Positions 28,738-39,069 of a DNA stretch of 64,000 bases are shown piece by piece; positions within the stretch are counted from its first letter, which is position 1, and each line of letters begins with the position of its first letter. The stretch lies in the NCBI GenBank assembly GCA_043800755.1, contig JAZDMQ010000017.1, positions 34,297-98,296 on the forward strand, written 5' to 3'. The notes beneath the pieces were generated by a model. The model worked only from the letters and a program-made list of their open reading frames with translations, made no database searches and was not told where the DNA came from. The translations under genes were made by a program, and so were the position numbers. This DNA comes from a bacterium. GTDB taxonomy: Bacteria > Methylomirabilota > Methylomirabilia > CAVQYV01.

Positions 28738-29511
28738 TCAGAACATGAGGGAAGTGAGGAAATAGTCCCAAGCCAGGATCAGGACCGAGGATAGGACCAC
28801 ACCCTCGGTGGTCGCCCGGCTTACCCCCTCTGCCCCGTACCCGGTGAAAAACCCCTTGTAGCTGCATATCCAGGTCACAATGACCCCAAAGGATACTGAT
28901 TTATAAAGCCCGTCCAAAATGTCCTTCATATCCACCAAATTCTGCATCTCCCCCCAATAAACACCAGGGCCTAACCCCAGCATCTTCACCCCGACCAGAT
29001 ACCCCCCATAGATCCCCACCACATTGAAGATGGAGGCCATCAAGGGAAAGGCAATAATCCCGGCAATGAGGTTGGGAACGACGAGGTAGCGATAGGGATT
29101 CAATGCCATCGCCTCCAGGGCGTCTATCTGTTCGCTGAGCCGCATAATTCCAATCTCCGCAGCCAGGGCTGAGCCTGCCCTTCCGGTCACCATGAGGGCC
29201 GAAAGGACGGGCCCCAATTCCCTCAGCAGCGAGAGGGCGATGGCTGGACCCAACATGCTCTCTGCCCCAAACCTCCTCAGGGTGTGAAAGAGCTGCAGGC
29301 CCAACGCCATTCCGGTAAAGGCCCCGGTGAGGACAATGATCAGGGTCGATTTCACCCCGATGAACCGGATGCGATTGACGATCTGCCTGAACCGAAAAGG
29401 AGGTATAACGGCCCAAAAGAGCGTGGTCCACAGAAAGGTGACCGTGCGCCCCATCCTCTCCAGAAGCTGCAGGAATAATGCCCCTAACCGTCTTATCCAG
29501 GCGATGATCAT
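28738..29511 (-). CDS. mlaE: ABC transporter permease MlaE
   Basis: 257 aa polytopic. MlaE/Ttg2B family pattern (RQIVNRIRFIGVKSTLIIV...). Confidence 0.85.
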   Translation of the reverse strand: MIIAWIRRLGALFLQLLERMGRTVTFLWTTLFWAVIPPFRFRQIVNRIRFIGVKSTLIIVLTGAFTGMALGLQLFHTLRRFGAESMLGPAIALSLLRELGPVLSALMVTGRAGSALAAEIGIMRLSEQIDALEAMALNPYRYLVVPNLIAGIIAFPLMASIFNVVGIYGGYLVGVKMLGLGPGVYWGEMQNLVDMKDILDGLYKSVSFGVIVTWICSYKGFFTGYGAEGVSRATTEGVVLSSVLILAWDYFLTSLMF

Positions 29512-29524
29512 TCAGACCCTGCCC

Positions 29525-30475
29525 TTACGCCATTATCCTGGCGCCTTCCGCATCGATTCCGGTAATCAATTGGTGGGACTCCAGTCCCTTCCCTCGAAAT
29601 GCCTCTGTCATCGCCTCTCCAATCGCCCTGGCCTTCTCCTGGTCCTCGGTGATGGAAAAGAGGGTGGGACCAGCGCCGGAGAGGGAACAGCCCTTGGCAC
29701 CCGCATTGAGGGCCGCGGCCTTGACCTCGTAAAATCCCGGGATCAACTTAGCCCTCTTCGGTTCGATCACGCAGTCATCGATGGATCGTGCCAAAAGATC
29801 CAGGTCCTGCCGATAAAAGGCAGCTACGATGGCACAGCTATTGGCCATATTAGAGACGAAACCCGTGAGGGGGACCTTCTGGGGGAGGATGGCGCGCGCC
29901 CTCCTGGTGAGCACCTTTAGACAAGGACGCACCAGAACGATGACTGCCCGGGGAATGGTCCCCAAGGAGATGACCTCCAAGGGGTCGTTGCACCGGGTCA
30001 AGGTAGCCCCTCCCAATAAGGAAGTTGCGGTATTGTCCGCAAAAAAACCCCCGCTCACCCTGGCCTCGGCGACGGTGGCGACCTGGATCAAGTCCAAGAT
30101 GCTCAGCTGGGAGCCAAAGAGATGGTTGACAGCGAAGGCGGAAGCCACTGCACTGGCAGCGCTGCTTCCCATACCGGAGCCCGGCGGGATTTGTTTATGC
30201 AGGAAGAGTTCCACTCCCTCATTTCGAATCCCCAGCAAATCCATCGCCTCCAAGGCTGAAATGCCGGCGGTGTTCTTCTGCACGTCCCGGCTCAGGCGGT
30301 TGGTGGAGCCGGTAATCTTCGTGATGGTCACCCCGCGCTCCCTTTTCCTCCTCGCCTCAACGATATCCCCTACCCCTTGCAGGGCAAGGCCCAGCACATC
30401 AAAGCCTGGTCCCAAGTTCCCGATGCTGCCCGGTGCAAACGCCCTCACCATCTCCACCAAGGATATCCTTCCCAT
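29525..30475 (-). CDS. thrB: Homoserine kinase
   Basis: GHMP kinase motifs: PGSIGNLGPGFDVLG and PPGSGMGSSAA. Confidence 0.85.
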   Translation of the reverse strand: MGRISLVEMVRAFAPGSIGNLGPGFDVLGLALQGVGDIVEARRKRERGVTITKITGSTNRLSRDVQKNTAGISALEAMDLLGIRNEGVELFLHKQIPPGSGMGSSAASAVASAFAVNHLFGSQLSILDLIQVATVAEARVSGGFFADNTATSLLGGATLTRCNDPLEVISLGTIPRAVIVLVRPCLKVLTRRARAILPQKVPLTGFVSNMANSCAIVAAFYRQDLDLLARSIDDCVIEPKRAKLIPGFYEVKAAALNAGAKGCSLSGAGPTLFSITEDQEKARAIGEAMTEAFRGKGLESHQLITGIDAEGARIMA

Positions 30476-30663
30476 GGCCCATGTCGGACCAAGTCTGTGC
30501 CATTTAATTAAATAGAAACCTTTTACCCAACTCCACCCAGAAAGTCAACTACCACTCTAAGAGGAAATGATCCTCCCTGGCCAGGTCTTCCCCTCTGCTG
30601 GCCGGCATCCTCCCCCATAACGGACCTGCTCGCTTCATCTCGCCCCCAGAACAGCACACCCCA

Positions 30664-32223
30664 CTAAGGCCGATCCTGCCCAGCTTGGCTCTTCCATAGT
30701 TGATGGTGCTGGACAAAGACGGATTCGAGGGAGGAACAAAGGTGATTGAATAACCCTTGAATCCTGCAATATTGCTCATGGAGGGAAGGGTCAGGCTCGC
30801 AGCGGTCCTCTGTCTTCTCTCTGACCATCCCGGCCACAGCCCCCGAGAGGTCTTTATAACAATCGAGCCCTATGGCCGCCATGATGGCTGCACCCAGCGC
30901 TGAGGCCTCCTCCACGGCCGTTTTAAGCACCGGACGACCCAGGATGTGGGCGATGATTTGTCTCCAGGCCGGCGACCGAGACCCGCCTCCGCCTAATACG
31001 ATTTCCTCCACCGGAATCCCCAGGGAGCGCATTCGATCTCCCACATTCTTATAGATCAGGCCCACCGCCTCCATGATCGCACGGATCACATGCGAGGGGG
31101 TGTGGGGGTAGTCGAGGCCAAAGATGACCCCGGAGGCACCCGGCCCTTTCAGGACGGTGGAGCTGGCCAGGGTGAAATAAGGGAGGAAGAGCAGACCTTC
31201 GCAGCCCGGGGGGGATTGCTCGGCCATCTCCGTCAGCGGATCATTACTTTCCGCGTCCCGCCGGGCCCCCTTCCTTCCTGCCATCTGGCAGAAGCCGTCA
31301 CTCCACCATTTGAGCACCCTTCCTGCATCTGCGGTGATGCCGGTCTGCACAAATCCATAGGGCAGCAGGCACTTGCAGTCTAAGGTCTTGGTCGGGTCCA
31401 GGACATAGCGGGGGGTGAAGGCCCGCATGGCGGCCCCAGTTCCGATGTTGGCGCCGATCCTGCCGGGAGAGACGGCCCCCAAGCCGACTTGACTCATGCA
31501 TCCATCATCACCCCCGATGACCACCGCAGTTCCTTCCGCCAGTCCCAGGGGCGAGGCCACGCTCCCTGAGAGCCTCCCGACGATCTCGGTATCATCAACT
31601 AGGGTGGCCATCTGGCTCCTCCGGATCCCCCCCAGTGACAGAAGCTCCTCGTCCCAGTCCAGCTTCTCCAGCGAGAAGAGCATCGAGGTCTGACCCAAGG
31701 ATTTGTCGATCACAAAACTCCCTAGAAGCCGATGGAGCAAATAATCCTTCTGTGAGACCATCACCTTTCGGGCCTTGCCCAGCACCTCCGGCCGATGTTT
31801 GGCAAACCACATCAGCTTGGGAAGGGTATCCCCTGACGCGGGGACACCAGTGCGGGCATACAGGTCCAATCCCGACTCTCGATAGAGCTCATTGGCCCGT
31901 TCGTCCCTCCAGGTCATCAGAGGGGTGAGTGGGCGATCCTTCTCGTCTAACAAGAGCAAGCAGCCCTTGGTGGCACTGAATCCAATCGCCCGGATATCTC
32001 GCGCCGAGGGGGCCGAGGAAGCGCATTGGCGGATTACGGCCTGGGTGCAGGCCCAAATCTCCTCGGGATCCATCTCGCTATGACCGACCCTGGGGGAGTA
32101 ATTGGGGATGGGTTGATTGGATTGGCTCACCATCCTGCCCTCCAGGTCGAAGAGGGCCGCCTTGATGTTGGTGGTCCCGGTGTCTACTCCCATGAGATAG
32201 GTCCTGCGGGCCGCGATTCCCAT
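30664..32223 (-). CDS. FGGY-family carbohydrate kinase
   Basis: 519 aa. N-terminal LMGVDTGTTNIKAALFD and FGGY C-terminal domain. Confidence 0.8.
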   Translation of the reverse strand: MGIAARRTYLMGVDTGTTNIKAALFDLEGRMVSQSNQPIPNYSPRVGHSEMDPEEIWACTQAVIRQCASSAPSARDIRAIGFSATKGCLLLLDEKDRPLTPLMTWRDERANELYRESGLDLYARTGVPASGDTLPKLMWFAKHRPEVLGKARKVMVSQKDYLLHRLLGSFVIDKSLGQTSMLFSLEKLDWDEELLSLGGIRRSQMATLVDDTEIVGRLSGSVASPLGLAEGTAVVIGGDDGCMSQVGLGAVSPGRIGANIGTGAAMRAFTPRYVLDPTKTLDCKCLLPYGFVQTGITADAGRVLKWWSDGFCQMAGRKGARRDAESNDPLTEMAEQSPPGCEGLLFLPYFTLASSTVLKGPGASGVIFGLDYPHTPSHVIRAIMEAVGLIYKNVGDRMRSLGIPVEEIVLGGGGSRSPAWRQIIAHILGRPVLKTAVEEASALGAAIMAAIGLDCYKDLSGAVAGMVREKTEDRCEPDPSLHEQYCRIQGLFNHLCSSLESVFVQHHQLWKSQAGQDRP

Positions 32224-32226
32224 CTC

Positions 32227-33207
32227 TTAAGTTCTCATCCTCTCCCATGCCTCGGGATTGACCAGAAACTTCGGCCTCCGGCCCTCCAGGGCATCCAGGA
32301 CATTCTGCGCGGCGACCTGGCCCATCTGGGCCAGGGCCTCGTGGGTGTGCGCCCCCATGTGCATGGTGGTCACCAAGCCCTCCAGGGCGAGAAGGGGGCT
32401 GTCCACCGGCGGCTCCGCTGAATAAACGTCCGTAGCCGCCCCGGCGATCCATCCTTCTTCCAGTGCCCTCTTAAGGGCCGCCTCATCCACTACCCTCCCC
32501 CGGGAGACATTAATCAGGTGGGCCGTCTTTTTCATCTTCCGAAGGCGGGGCTCGTCGATGAGATTCTCTGTCTGGGGCGTCAGCGGGCAATTGAGGGTGA
32601 TGAAGTCAGATCGTCCAAGGAGCTCCTCCAAAGAGAGGGGCTCGATCCCCTCCCTCTTCAAAAAATCCTGTTCCGGGAAGATGTCAAAGGCAAGCACCCG
32701 CATGTCCAGGGCTTTCGCCTTCCGGGCCAACGATTGTCCAATCCTCCCCAACCCCACGATCCCCAATACCTTGCCTGCCAACTCGCTCCCCAGGCACTGA
32801 CCCCATTGGCCAGACTTGACCTGCCGGTCCGCAAAGGGGATATGCCGGGCGGAGGCCAGCATTAACCCTAGGGCCAACTCTGCTACCGCATTGGTATTTG
32901 CCCCCGGGGCGTTGCAGACCAAAACTCCCCGCTCAGAGGCCGTCTTCAAGTCGATGTTGTCCACCCCCACCCCATGGACCGAGATCGCCCGAAGCTCGGA
33001 TCCGGCCCCGATGGCCGAGGCGGTAACTTTCTCGCCCCCCACAATCAGCCCTGAGACCCCCTGGATCAGGACCTTATATTCTTCTTCCGTCGGCGGCCGG
33101 CCGTGGGGATTCCAGACCAGCTCATAGGCAGACGGGGAGAACATCCCCAATGGCTCCTTCGCATGCTTGCCAAAGGTCCTGGCAGTGATCAGTATCTTCT
33201 TCTTCAA
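32227..33207 (-). CDS. D-isomer-specific 2-hydroxyacid dehydrogenase (glycerate/hydroxypyruvate/phosphoglycerate DH family)
   Basis: NAD-binding GIVGLGRIGQ and catalytic R/E/H arrangement. Start set at TTG giving MKKKILITA, with a GGAGGAGGAGGG RBS just upstream; the ORF track extends to 33339. Confidence 0.8.
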   Translation of the reverse strand: MKKKILITARTFGKHAKEPLGMFSPSAYELVWNPHGRPPTEEEYKVLIQGVSGLIVGGEKVTASAIGAGSELRAISVHGVGVDNIDLKTASERGVLVCNAPGANTNAVAELALGLMLASARHIPFADRQVKSGQWGQCLGSELAGKVLGIVGLGRIGQSLARKAKALDMRVLAFDIFPEQDFLKREGIEPLSLEELLGRSDFITLNCPLTPQTENLIDEPRLRKMKKTAHLINVSRGRVVDEAALKRALEEGWIAGAATDVYSAEPPVDSPLLALEGLVTTMHMGAHTHEALAQMGQVAAQNVLDALEGRRPKFLVNPEAWERMRT

Positions 33208-33220
33208 GAGTCCCTCCTCC

Positions 33221-34744
33221 TCATTCCCCCAACTCGTCCTCCCTGATTCCCTTGAGCGCCTTCCAGTCTGCCAGCGAATGCTCATAGAGATCAGCAAAGA
33301 GCCCGTACCCTCTCCGGTAGCGCTGATGGGAGTCCCCATCGGGGTGAAGCACTTTTTCTATCGCTACCCGTTCCGTAACCTTACAGAGATCGGAAACGAT
33401 CCCCATTCCCAGTGCCGCCATGGCGGAAGCCCCCAAGGCAGAGGCCTCTCCCACAGCAGGAACCAAGGCCCTCCGACCAAGAATGTCACACATCATCTGA
33501 CCCCAGAGAGGAGAGCGGGTAAACCCCCCGGTAAAACGGATCTCCTTGACTCCCCCACTGATCTCTTCCATGGCCTGAAAGACCCTGAACATCTGGTATC
33601 CCAACCCTTCCATCACCGCCCGCGAGAAATGTGCCCGCTGGTGATGGGAACCGATCCCGAAAAAAGCCCCTCGCGCCTCGGTCCGCCAGTTTGGCGACCT
33701 TTCCCCGGTAAGATATGGCAAGAAAATGAGGCCTTCGCAGCCCCGAGGAACCGACGCGGCCCATTCATCCAGCAGCGCGAAACGATCTTTCCCCCGCTTA
33801 CCCCCTGGAGGGGATTTTCCCCAAAAGCTCTCCCAGAACCACTGCAGGACCATGCCTCCGTTGTTGACTCCCCCCAAGATCCAGAGGTCCTCTTTGAGCA
33901 AATAGCACCAGGTCCGCTGGGCAGGACAAAGCCTTGGCCGGTCCAGGATCATGCGCAGGATCCCCCCGCTTCCGATGCTCAGGTTCAGCTGCCCTGGTTC
34001 AATCACGCCGGCCCCGATATTAGAAAGGGGCCCATCCCCACCTCCCGCATAAACCGGAGTCCCCTCCAGGAGTCCGGTTCTCCTGGCTACCTCTCCTCGA
34101 ATCCTTCCCAGACAAGATTGGGGAGGAACGGCCTGGGGAAGGTAGCTGCCGGGCAAATCCAGGAGGCTCAAGACATCCTGATCCCATCGCTGCTGGTGGA
34201 TGTTGAAAAGGCCACTGGCCGAGGCAACGATGTAGTCGGTGATGAAGTCCCCTCCAGTCAGATAATGGGCCACATAGTCCTTGATGGAGATTAACTTGTG
34301 GACCCGGGCGTAAAGGGAGGGAAGCTCCTCCTTGAACCAGAGAATCTTCGCCAAGAGGTACATGGCGTTATTGCGGCACCCGGTCTTTCGATAGAGGTCA
34401 CCTTCCCGGAAGGCCTCCTCCAGCCGGGAGGACTGTGCTTCTGCCCGATTGTCGGACCACTGAATGGGGGGATGTAGCGGTTGGCCCCGGGCATCGACCG
34501 CCAGCAGGCTGTAAAGGACCCCGCTCAATCCTATGCCCAGGATTTCTCGGGGGGATATTTCGGTCTTTCGCAGACAGGCCCGAATAGCACGGAGCACACC
34601 TGTCAGGACCTGATCGGCGTCCTGTTCCGCCCACTGAGGATGGGGGACCTGGAGCGAAAGACTGACCGCCTCCTTTCCTCTTACCGCAAAGCCGAGGTCG
34701 AAGATCACCGCCCGACAGGCACTGGTCCCAATGTCGATTCCCAA
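33221..34744 (-). CDS. FGGY-family carbohydrate kinase (second copy)
   Basis: 507 aa. MGIDIGTSACRAVIFD N-terminus and FGGY fold. Confidence 0.8.
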   Translation of the reverse strand: MGIDIGTSACRAVIFDLGFAVRGKEAVSLSLQVPHPQWAEQDADQVLTGVLRAIRACLRKTEISPREILGIGLSGVLYSLLAVDARGQPLHPPIQWSDNRAEAQSSRLEEAFREGDLYRKTGCRNNAMYLLAKILWFKEELPSLYARVHKLISIKDYVAHYLTGGDFITDYIVASASGLFNIHQQRWDQDVLSLLDLPGSYLPQAVPPQSCLGRIRGEVARRTGLLEGTPVYAGGGDGPLSNIGAGVIEPGQLNLSIGSGGILRMILDRPRLCPAQRTWCYLLKEDLWILGGVNNGGMVLQWFWESFWGKSPPGGKRGKDRFALLDEWAASVPRGCEGLIFLPYLTGERSPNWRTEARGAFFGIGSHHQRAHFSRAVMEGLGYQMFRVFQAMEEISGGVKEIRFTGGFTRSPLWGQMMCDILGRRALVPAVGEASALGASAMAALGMGIVSDLCKVTERVAIEKVLHPDGDSHQRYRRGYGLFADLYEHSLADWKALKGIREDELGE

Positions 34745-34807
34745 AAGGTAGCTGATTGCCCCCGCCCTCCTATTACTCCCGCAGCCCCCACCAGCATCGG
34801 CGGTAAT

Positions 34808-35695
34808 CTACAACATTCCCTCCTCCTGCAAGCGGGCCTTCATCTTTTGAGACACCTCAGGGGTCAGGGGAAGAATTGGTGCCCGGGGGATTCCCGCATC
34901 GATGCCGCGCATTTGAAGAATGGCGTGGATTCCAGAGATGGCAATCGGGGCCAGATGCATGATCTCTCGCACCACCAGGGTCTTCTGTTGCAACACCGCA
35001 GCCGCCTCAAGGTCTTTAGACCTGCAGGCCCTATAGAGGTCCACCACCAGCTCCGGCAGGGCATTTGCCAAGCCCGCGACGCACGCGGAGCCTCCCACCA
35101 CCAATGCCGGAAGCGCCAGGGCCTCAGTGCCAATGATGAAGGTGAAGTCCGGCTTCTTGACCATGCGCAGATAGGCATAGTAAACCAGGATGTCGAAACT
35201 GCTATCCTTGATCCCGGCCAGCCCCTGCTCGGCCAGCTTCGCCAAGAGCCCGGGGGAGATGCTATTCCGCGACAGCTTCGGGTTATTATAGGCGAAGACT
35301 GGGATGGAGACCGCACCCATCAGCTGCTGGAAGTGGTACTCGATGGCCCGGTCGTTATGCTCATAATAGAAGGGGGCGATGGAGGCAACGGCATCGGCCC
35401 CGATCTTCTCCGCATGGCGCGCCAAGGCGACAGTGCTCTTGGTATCCACACAGCCCACATGCATGATCACCGGGATGCGGTGGGCGACCTGTTCCACGAT
35501 GATCTCGGCAGCCCTTTGTCTTTCAGAGAAGCTCATGCCCGGGCCAGTGCCATAAGTGCCTACAGGGTAAAGGGCCTGCACCCTCTCCGCCAAAAAATCG
35601 ATCAGCCGGCGAAGGCCTTTTTCATAGAGGTTCCCCTCGTCATCGAACGGGGTAATCATGGGAGGGATGACCCCCTCCACCTGGAACTTCGGCAT
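34808..35695 (-). CDS. DapA-family class I aldolase/lyase (dihydrodipicolinate synthase / N-acetylneuraminate lyase family)
   Basis: 295 aa. GTYGTGPGMSFSERQRAAE...IPVIMHVG and the Schiff-base lysine region typical of the DHDPS family. Its context (kinases, dehydrogenase) suggests a sugar-acid role rather than lysine biosynthesis. Confidence 0.75.
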   Translation of the reverse strand: MPKFQVEGVIPPMITPFDDEGNLYEKGLRRLIDFLAERVQALYPVGTYGTGPGMSFSERQRAAEIIVEQVAHRIPVIMHVGCVDTKSTVALARHAEKIGADAVASIAPFYYEHNDRAIEYHFQQLMGAVSIPVFAYNNPKLSRNSISPGLLAKLAEQGLAGIKDSSFDILVYYAYLRMVKKPDFTFIIGTEALALPALVVGGSACVAGLANALPELVVDLYRACRSKDLEAAAVLQQKTLVVREIMHLAPIAISGIHAILQMRGIDAGIPRAPILPLTPEVSQKMKARLQEEGML

Positions 35696-35737
35696 CCTAA
35701 ACTCCTTTCGCCTTGTGATATGTTTGCTATGCCCGCC

Positions 35738-37156
35738 CTAAAGCCCCATGATGAGCCTGGCAAAGGAAAAATAGGCGTAAACCAGTACCGCTGCGACGAT
35801 CCCTAGGGTGACGATGATCCCTGGGCGGAAGACCTTCCGCACCTCGGGGGAGACGAGTTTGGGGAGGACATAGTAAAGCCCCAGGAGCACAAAGATCCCT
35901 TGGATGGGGATCAAGAAAGCCCCCTCGATCGTAGCCGCAATCTGCACCAAGAAAACCGGCCGCCAGTGGAAGGTGTAGACCAGGATCATGTTGGTAAAGG
36001 CGAAGAAGATGATCCAGGCCCGGTACTGCTTGTGCCAGGGTACCTTCTCCAGCTTGGGGAAGAGCACCCGAGCACAGTCGCAGAGCAAGCGGGGCCAGCC
36101 GGTAAAGGCGGCGATCTCCGTGCTGAACAAGGCGGCAAAGGCCCCCAAGAGAAAGAGGTAGTGCCCTGCCTTTCCAAACATGGAACTGAAAATCTCTGCG
36201 CAGTTTAAGGCCACTGCGGCCCCGGCCGGGAGGATCTCCTTGGGGTGGAGCACCCCGGCCCCCGAGGCGACAAAGCCGATGATTACCACCACCCCGATGA
36301 GGCTGGCCATCAGGGTATCGGCCCTCACCATGCGGAGCCAACCCTTCACCTTCTGGGCATCCTTCACCGACATCTGCTTCAAAAGGGACTCCGGGGCACT
36401 TTTCCCCTGTTGGCCCAAACGGGCCATCCCATATCCGGCCCCCAAGGTCCAGTAGGTATACCAGCACTGACTCGCGAAGCCTCCTCCAGCCCAGCCCAGG
36501 ATTGGGATCATCTCGCGGAGGGAATTGGTCACCTTGTATTTCTCCATTGCCCAAGTCGGGACCTCAGGGATCTTCATCACGAAGATGCCGCTGATCAATG
36601 AGCCGAAGCCGGGAATGAGCCGGTAGCCGGTGTATAGGACCCCCAACACCATCATGGCCACCAGGACCGTCATGATCACCTTGAGTCGATCCACGGATCC
36701 GGACCAGATGAGGTAGATGATGACCGCGGAAAGGATCCACCCCCAGAGTATTGGTGGGATGAAAGGTACTAAGGCGTTGGCAAAGGCCGTTCCCGCGGTG
36801 ATCAGGGCCCCGATGGAGATGGCACCGGCCAGGAGTTCCACGATGCCCACCACCCATACCCCCCATTTTCCGGGAGGGATGCGGCCGATCATGTCGATCA
36901 TCCCTTCCCCGGTAAAGGTGGTGTAGCACGCCCCTCCATAGCCGATGAAGGCCTTCAAAACAATGGCCCATACGGCAAGCCAAACGATGCTAAAGCCGAA
37001 CAGGGCACCCAGGCGGGTGGAGAGGATAACCTCTCCTGAGCCAATGTATTCGGCTGCCCAGATGTAAGCCGGACCCAGCATCCCCAAAATCGTCAACCAT
37101 CGCCGGGGGGCCTCCTGGATCTCCTTCATTTTTGATTCCTTCCCCTTCTCTTCCAC
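35738..37156 (-). CDS. NRAMP-fold (APC superfamily) transporter lacking the canonical DPGN metal-binding motif
   Basis: 472 aa, ~11-12 TM. N-terminal block LGMLGPAYIWAAEYIGSGEVILSTRLGALFGFSIVWLAVWAIVL aligns with the MntH block [35 protein letters not shown], but DPGN is replaced by EYIGSG. Confidence 0.6.
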   Translation of the reverse strand: MEEKGKESKMKEIQEAPRRWLTILGMLGPAYIWAAEYIGSGEVILSTRLGALFGFSIVWLAVWAIVLKAFIGYGGACYTTFTGEGMIDMIGRIPPGKWGVWVVGIVELLAGAISIGALITAGTAFANALVPFIPPILWGWILSAVIIYLIWSGSVDRLKVIMTVLVAMMVLGVLYTGYRLIPGFGSLISGIFVMKIPEVPTWAMEKYKVTNSLREMIPILGWAGGGFASQCWYTYWTLGAGYGMARLGQQGKSAPESLLKQMSVKDAQKVKGWLRMVRADTLMASLIGVVVIIGFVASGAGVLHPKEILPAGAAVALNCAEIFSSMFGKAGHYLFLLGAFAALFSTEIAAFTGWPRLLCDCARVLFPKLEKVPWHKQYRAWIIFFAFTNMILVYTFHWRPVFLVQIAATIEGAFLIPIQGIFVLLGLYYVLPKLVSPEVRKVFRPGIIVTLGIVAAVLVYAYFSFARLIMGL

Positions 37157-37427
37157 GGCTTACTCTCCTCCTTTCTTCATGGCCTGTCCGCGACTCTCAC
37201 TCGATTAAACCGCCTCCCTCTTGAGACCAAAACGCAAAAAAATAGGCGATCATCGCCTCTCTCCAAAGGCCCTGGCCCCTCCAAGGTTCTTCTATTATCT
37301 CATTTGACAGGAAAAATCAAGCGGAACAACTCCCAATTCTCGCTAAAAGCCCGGGGCCAGAAGGTCGCCGCGAACTATTCCCCTTCTGAGACGCAAACCG
37401 GCATAGAGGCGCCCAGCACAAAAGTGC

Positions 37428-37455
37428 TTGACACGAGAGTCCTTTCTCTATAAAT
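37428..37455 (+). promoter_or_regulatory. Sigma70-like promoter upstream of small TM ORF / galT
   Basis: TTGACA, 16-nt spacer, ATAAAT (TATAAAT). Confidence 0.4.
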
Positions 37456-37630
37456 TCTCAACGGTTATGATTTTTTGAGATGCAGCGATTTTCTCCTCGG
37501 GTCATATTTTTCTCGATGCGGACCCATCCCGGGCTTGAGATCTCACCAAAAGCCAAATCCCCAGACGGGGCCAAAGTAAAGGGCAACCCGGCCTTGGCCT
37601 CCGGGGGAGGCTTTTAGGAAGGAGGGGGAG

Positions 37631-37753
37631 ATGAACTTCACCATCGGCTGGGTGTTGGGAATCATCGCCATCCTGCTGGCAATCATTGCCCTGATCGCAT
37701 GGGCCAATGATGCCCGCTCCCGACGCCAGAAGGCTTCAGCGGAAAAAGGCTAA
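37631..37753 (+). CDS. 40-aa single-TM small protein
   Basis: MNFTIGWVLGIIAILLAIIALIAWANDARSRRQKASAEKG. GGAGGGGGAG RBS directly upstream. Confidence 0.4.
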   Translation: MNFTIGWVLGIIAILLAIIALIAWANDARSRRQKASAEKG

Positions 37754-38019
37754 AGACAAAAAACTCCGCATCCTGCAACCGATCGCGATCGCTCTGGCCC
37801 CACACCCCGGCCATAGCAAGATGGACAAGGCAAGCCCGGGCTCATGCTTTGCCGTCCCCGTTCCAGGGAAGTGGTCTGGGCAACGAATGCCGGGGCAAGG
37901 GACGGTGGGGTGTGCCCCTTTTTGGCCCCAGCCCTGGGGGGTTCTGCGCTTCGCCTTGAATTGTGCCGGAGTGGGAAAGTTCAGGATTCTCTCCCTATCC
38001 CACGAAAGGAAGATGCCTT

Positions 38020-39045
38020 ATGCCCGAGCTGCGAAAAGATCTGGTTACCCGTGAATGGGTCATTCTGGCAAAGGAGCGGGCAAAACGCCCATCTGATTTC
38101 TTGGCCGGGGAAAACCTACCCCCCTCTGGGCCCGAACGCGACCCCCAATGTCCATTCTGCGAAGGGAACGAAGGCCTGACTCCTCCGGAAATCCTCGCCT
38201 ATCGTCCGCGCCACCTGCCCCCCAATAGCCCGGGATGGCGGGTTCGAGTGACGCCCAATAAATTCGCCGCCCTGCAGAGCGAAGGGGAGCCCGACCGGCA
38301 GGAGGTTGGCATCTACGATGTGATGGAGGGGATTGGTGCCCATGAAGTGGTGGTGGAGAGTCCGCAGCACAACCGATCATTAGGACAGATGGAGGAGAGT
38401 CAGGTGGAGAGGGTCATCTGGGCCTATATCGATCGTTTCAATGTCCTGCGCGAGGACCCCCGCCTCCGCTATATCTTGATCTTCCGGAACCATGGCAAGA
38501 TTGCAGGCTCCTCTCTGACGCACCCCCATTCCCAGATCGTGGCGACTCCGGTCATCCCGCAGAAGGTTTGGGCCAAGATCAAAGGGGTGGAGCAATACAG
38601 AGAGTACCGGGAGAAATGCCCTTACTGCGACATCCTGGAATATGAGATTCGCGCCCAGGAAAGGATCATCTGCGAAAACGATAGCTTCGTCGCCCTCACG
38701 CCTTATGCCTCCCGTTCACCCTTCGAATCGAGGATTATGCCCCGGAGTCATCAAGCCTGTTTTGCGAATATGAGCCGCATTGAAGTGCGGGAATTCGCCC
38801 AGATCCTGAGGGAGCTGCTGGGACGCCTTGGCTCCTGCCTCCAGGATCCCCCTTACAACTTCACCCTTCTCAATATCCCCTGCACGCCGGATAAGATCTA
38901 TGACTTCCACTGGAACTTGGAGATTATCCCCCGCTTGACCACTCCCGCGGGCTTCGAGATGGGAACCAGTATCTACATCAATGTGACCTCGCCGGAAGAG
39001 GCGGCACGATTTCTCCGCGAGGCCTCCTGCCCCATCTCCTCTTAA
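38020..39045 (+). CDS. galT: Galactose-1-phosphate uridylyltransferase (GalT/HIT family)
   Basis: CPFCEGNE zinc site and HPHSQIV active-site HxHxQ motif. Start set at MPELRKD; the ORF track extends to 37963. Confidence 0.8.
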   Translation: MPELRKDLVTREWVILAKERAKRPSDFLAGENLPPSGPERDPQCPFCEGNEGLTPPEILAYRPRHLPPNSPGWRVRVTPNKFAALQSEGEPDRQEVGIYDVMEGIGAHEVVVESPQHNRSLGQMEESQVERVIWAYIDRFNVLREDPRLRYILIFRNHGKIAGSSLTHPHSQIVATPVIPQKVWAKIKGVEQYREYREKCPYCDILEYEIRAQERIICENDSFVALTPYASRSPFESRIMPRSHQACFANMSRIEVREFAQILRELLGRLGSCLQDPPYNFTLLNIPCTPDKIYDFHWNLEIIPRLTTPAGFEMGTSIYINVTSPEEAARFLREASCPISS

Positions 39046-39069
39046 GTGGGCCCCTGCCTATGGACCTTC

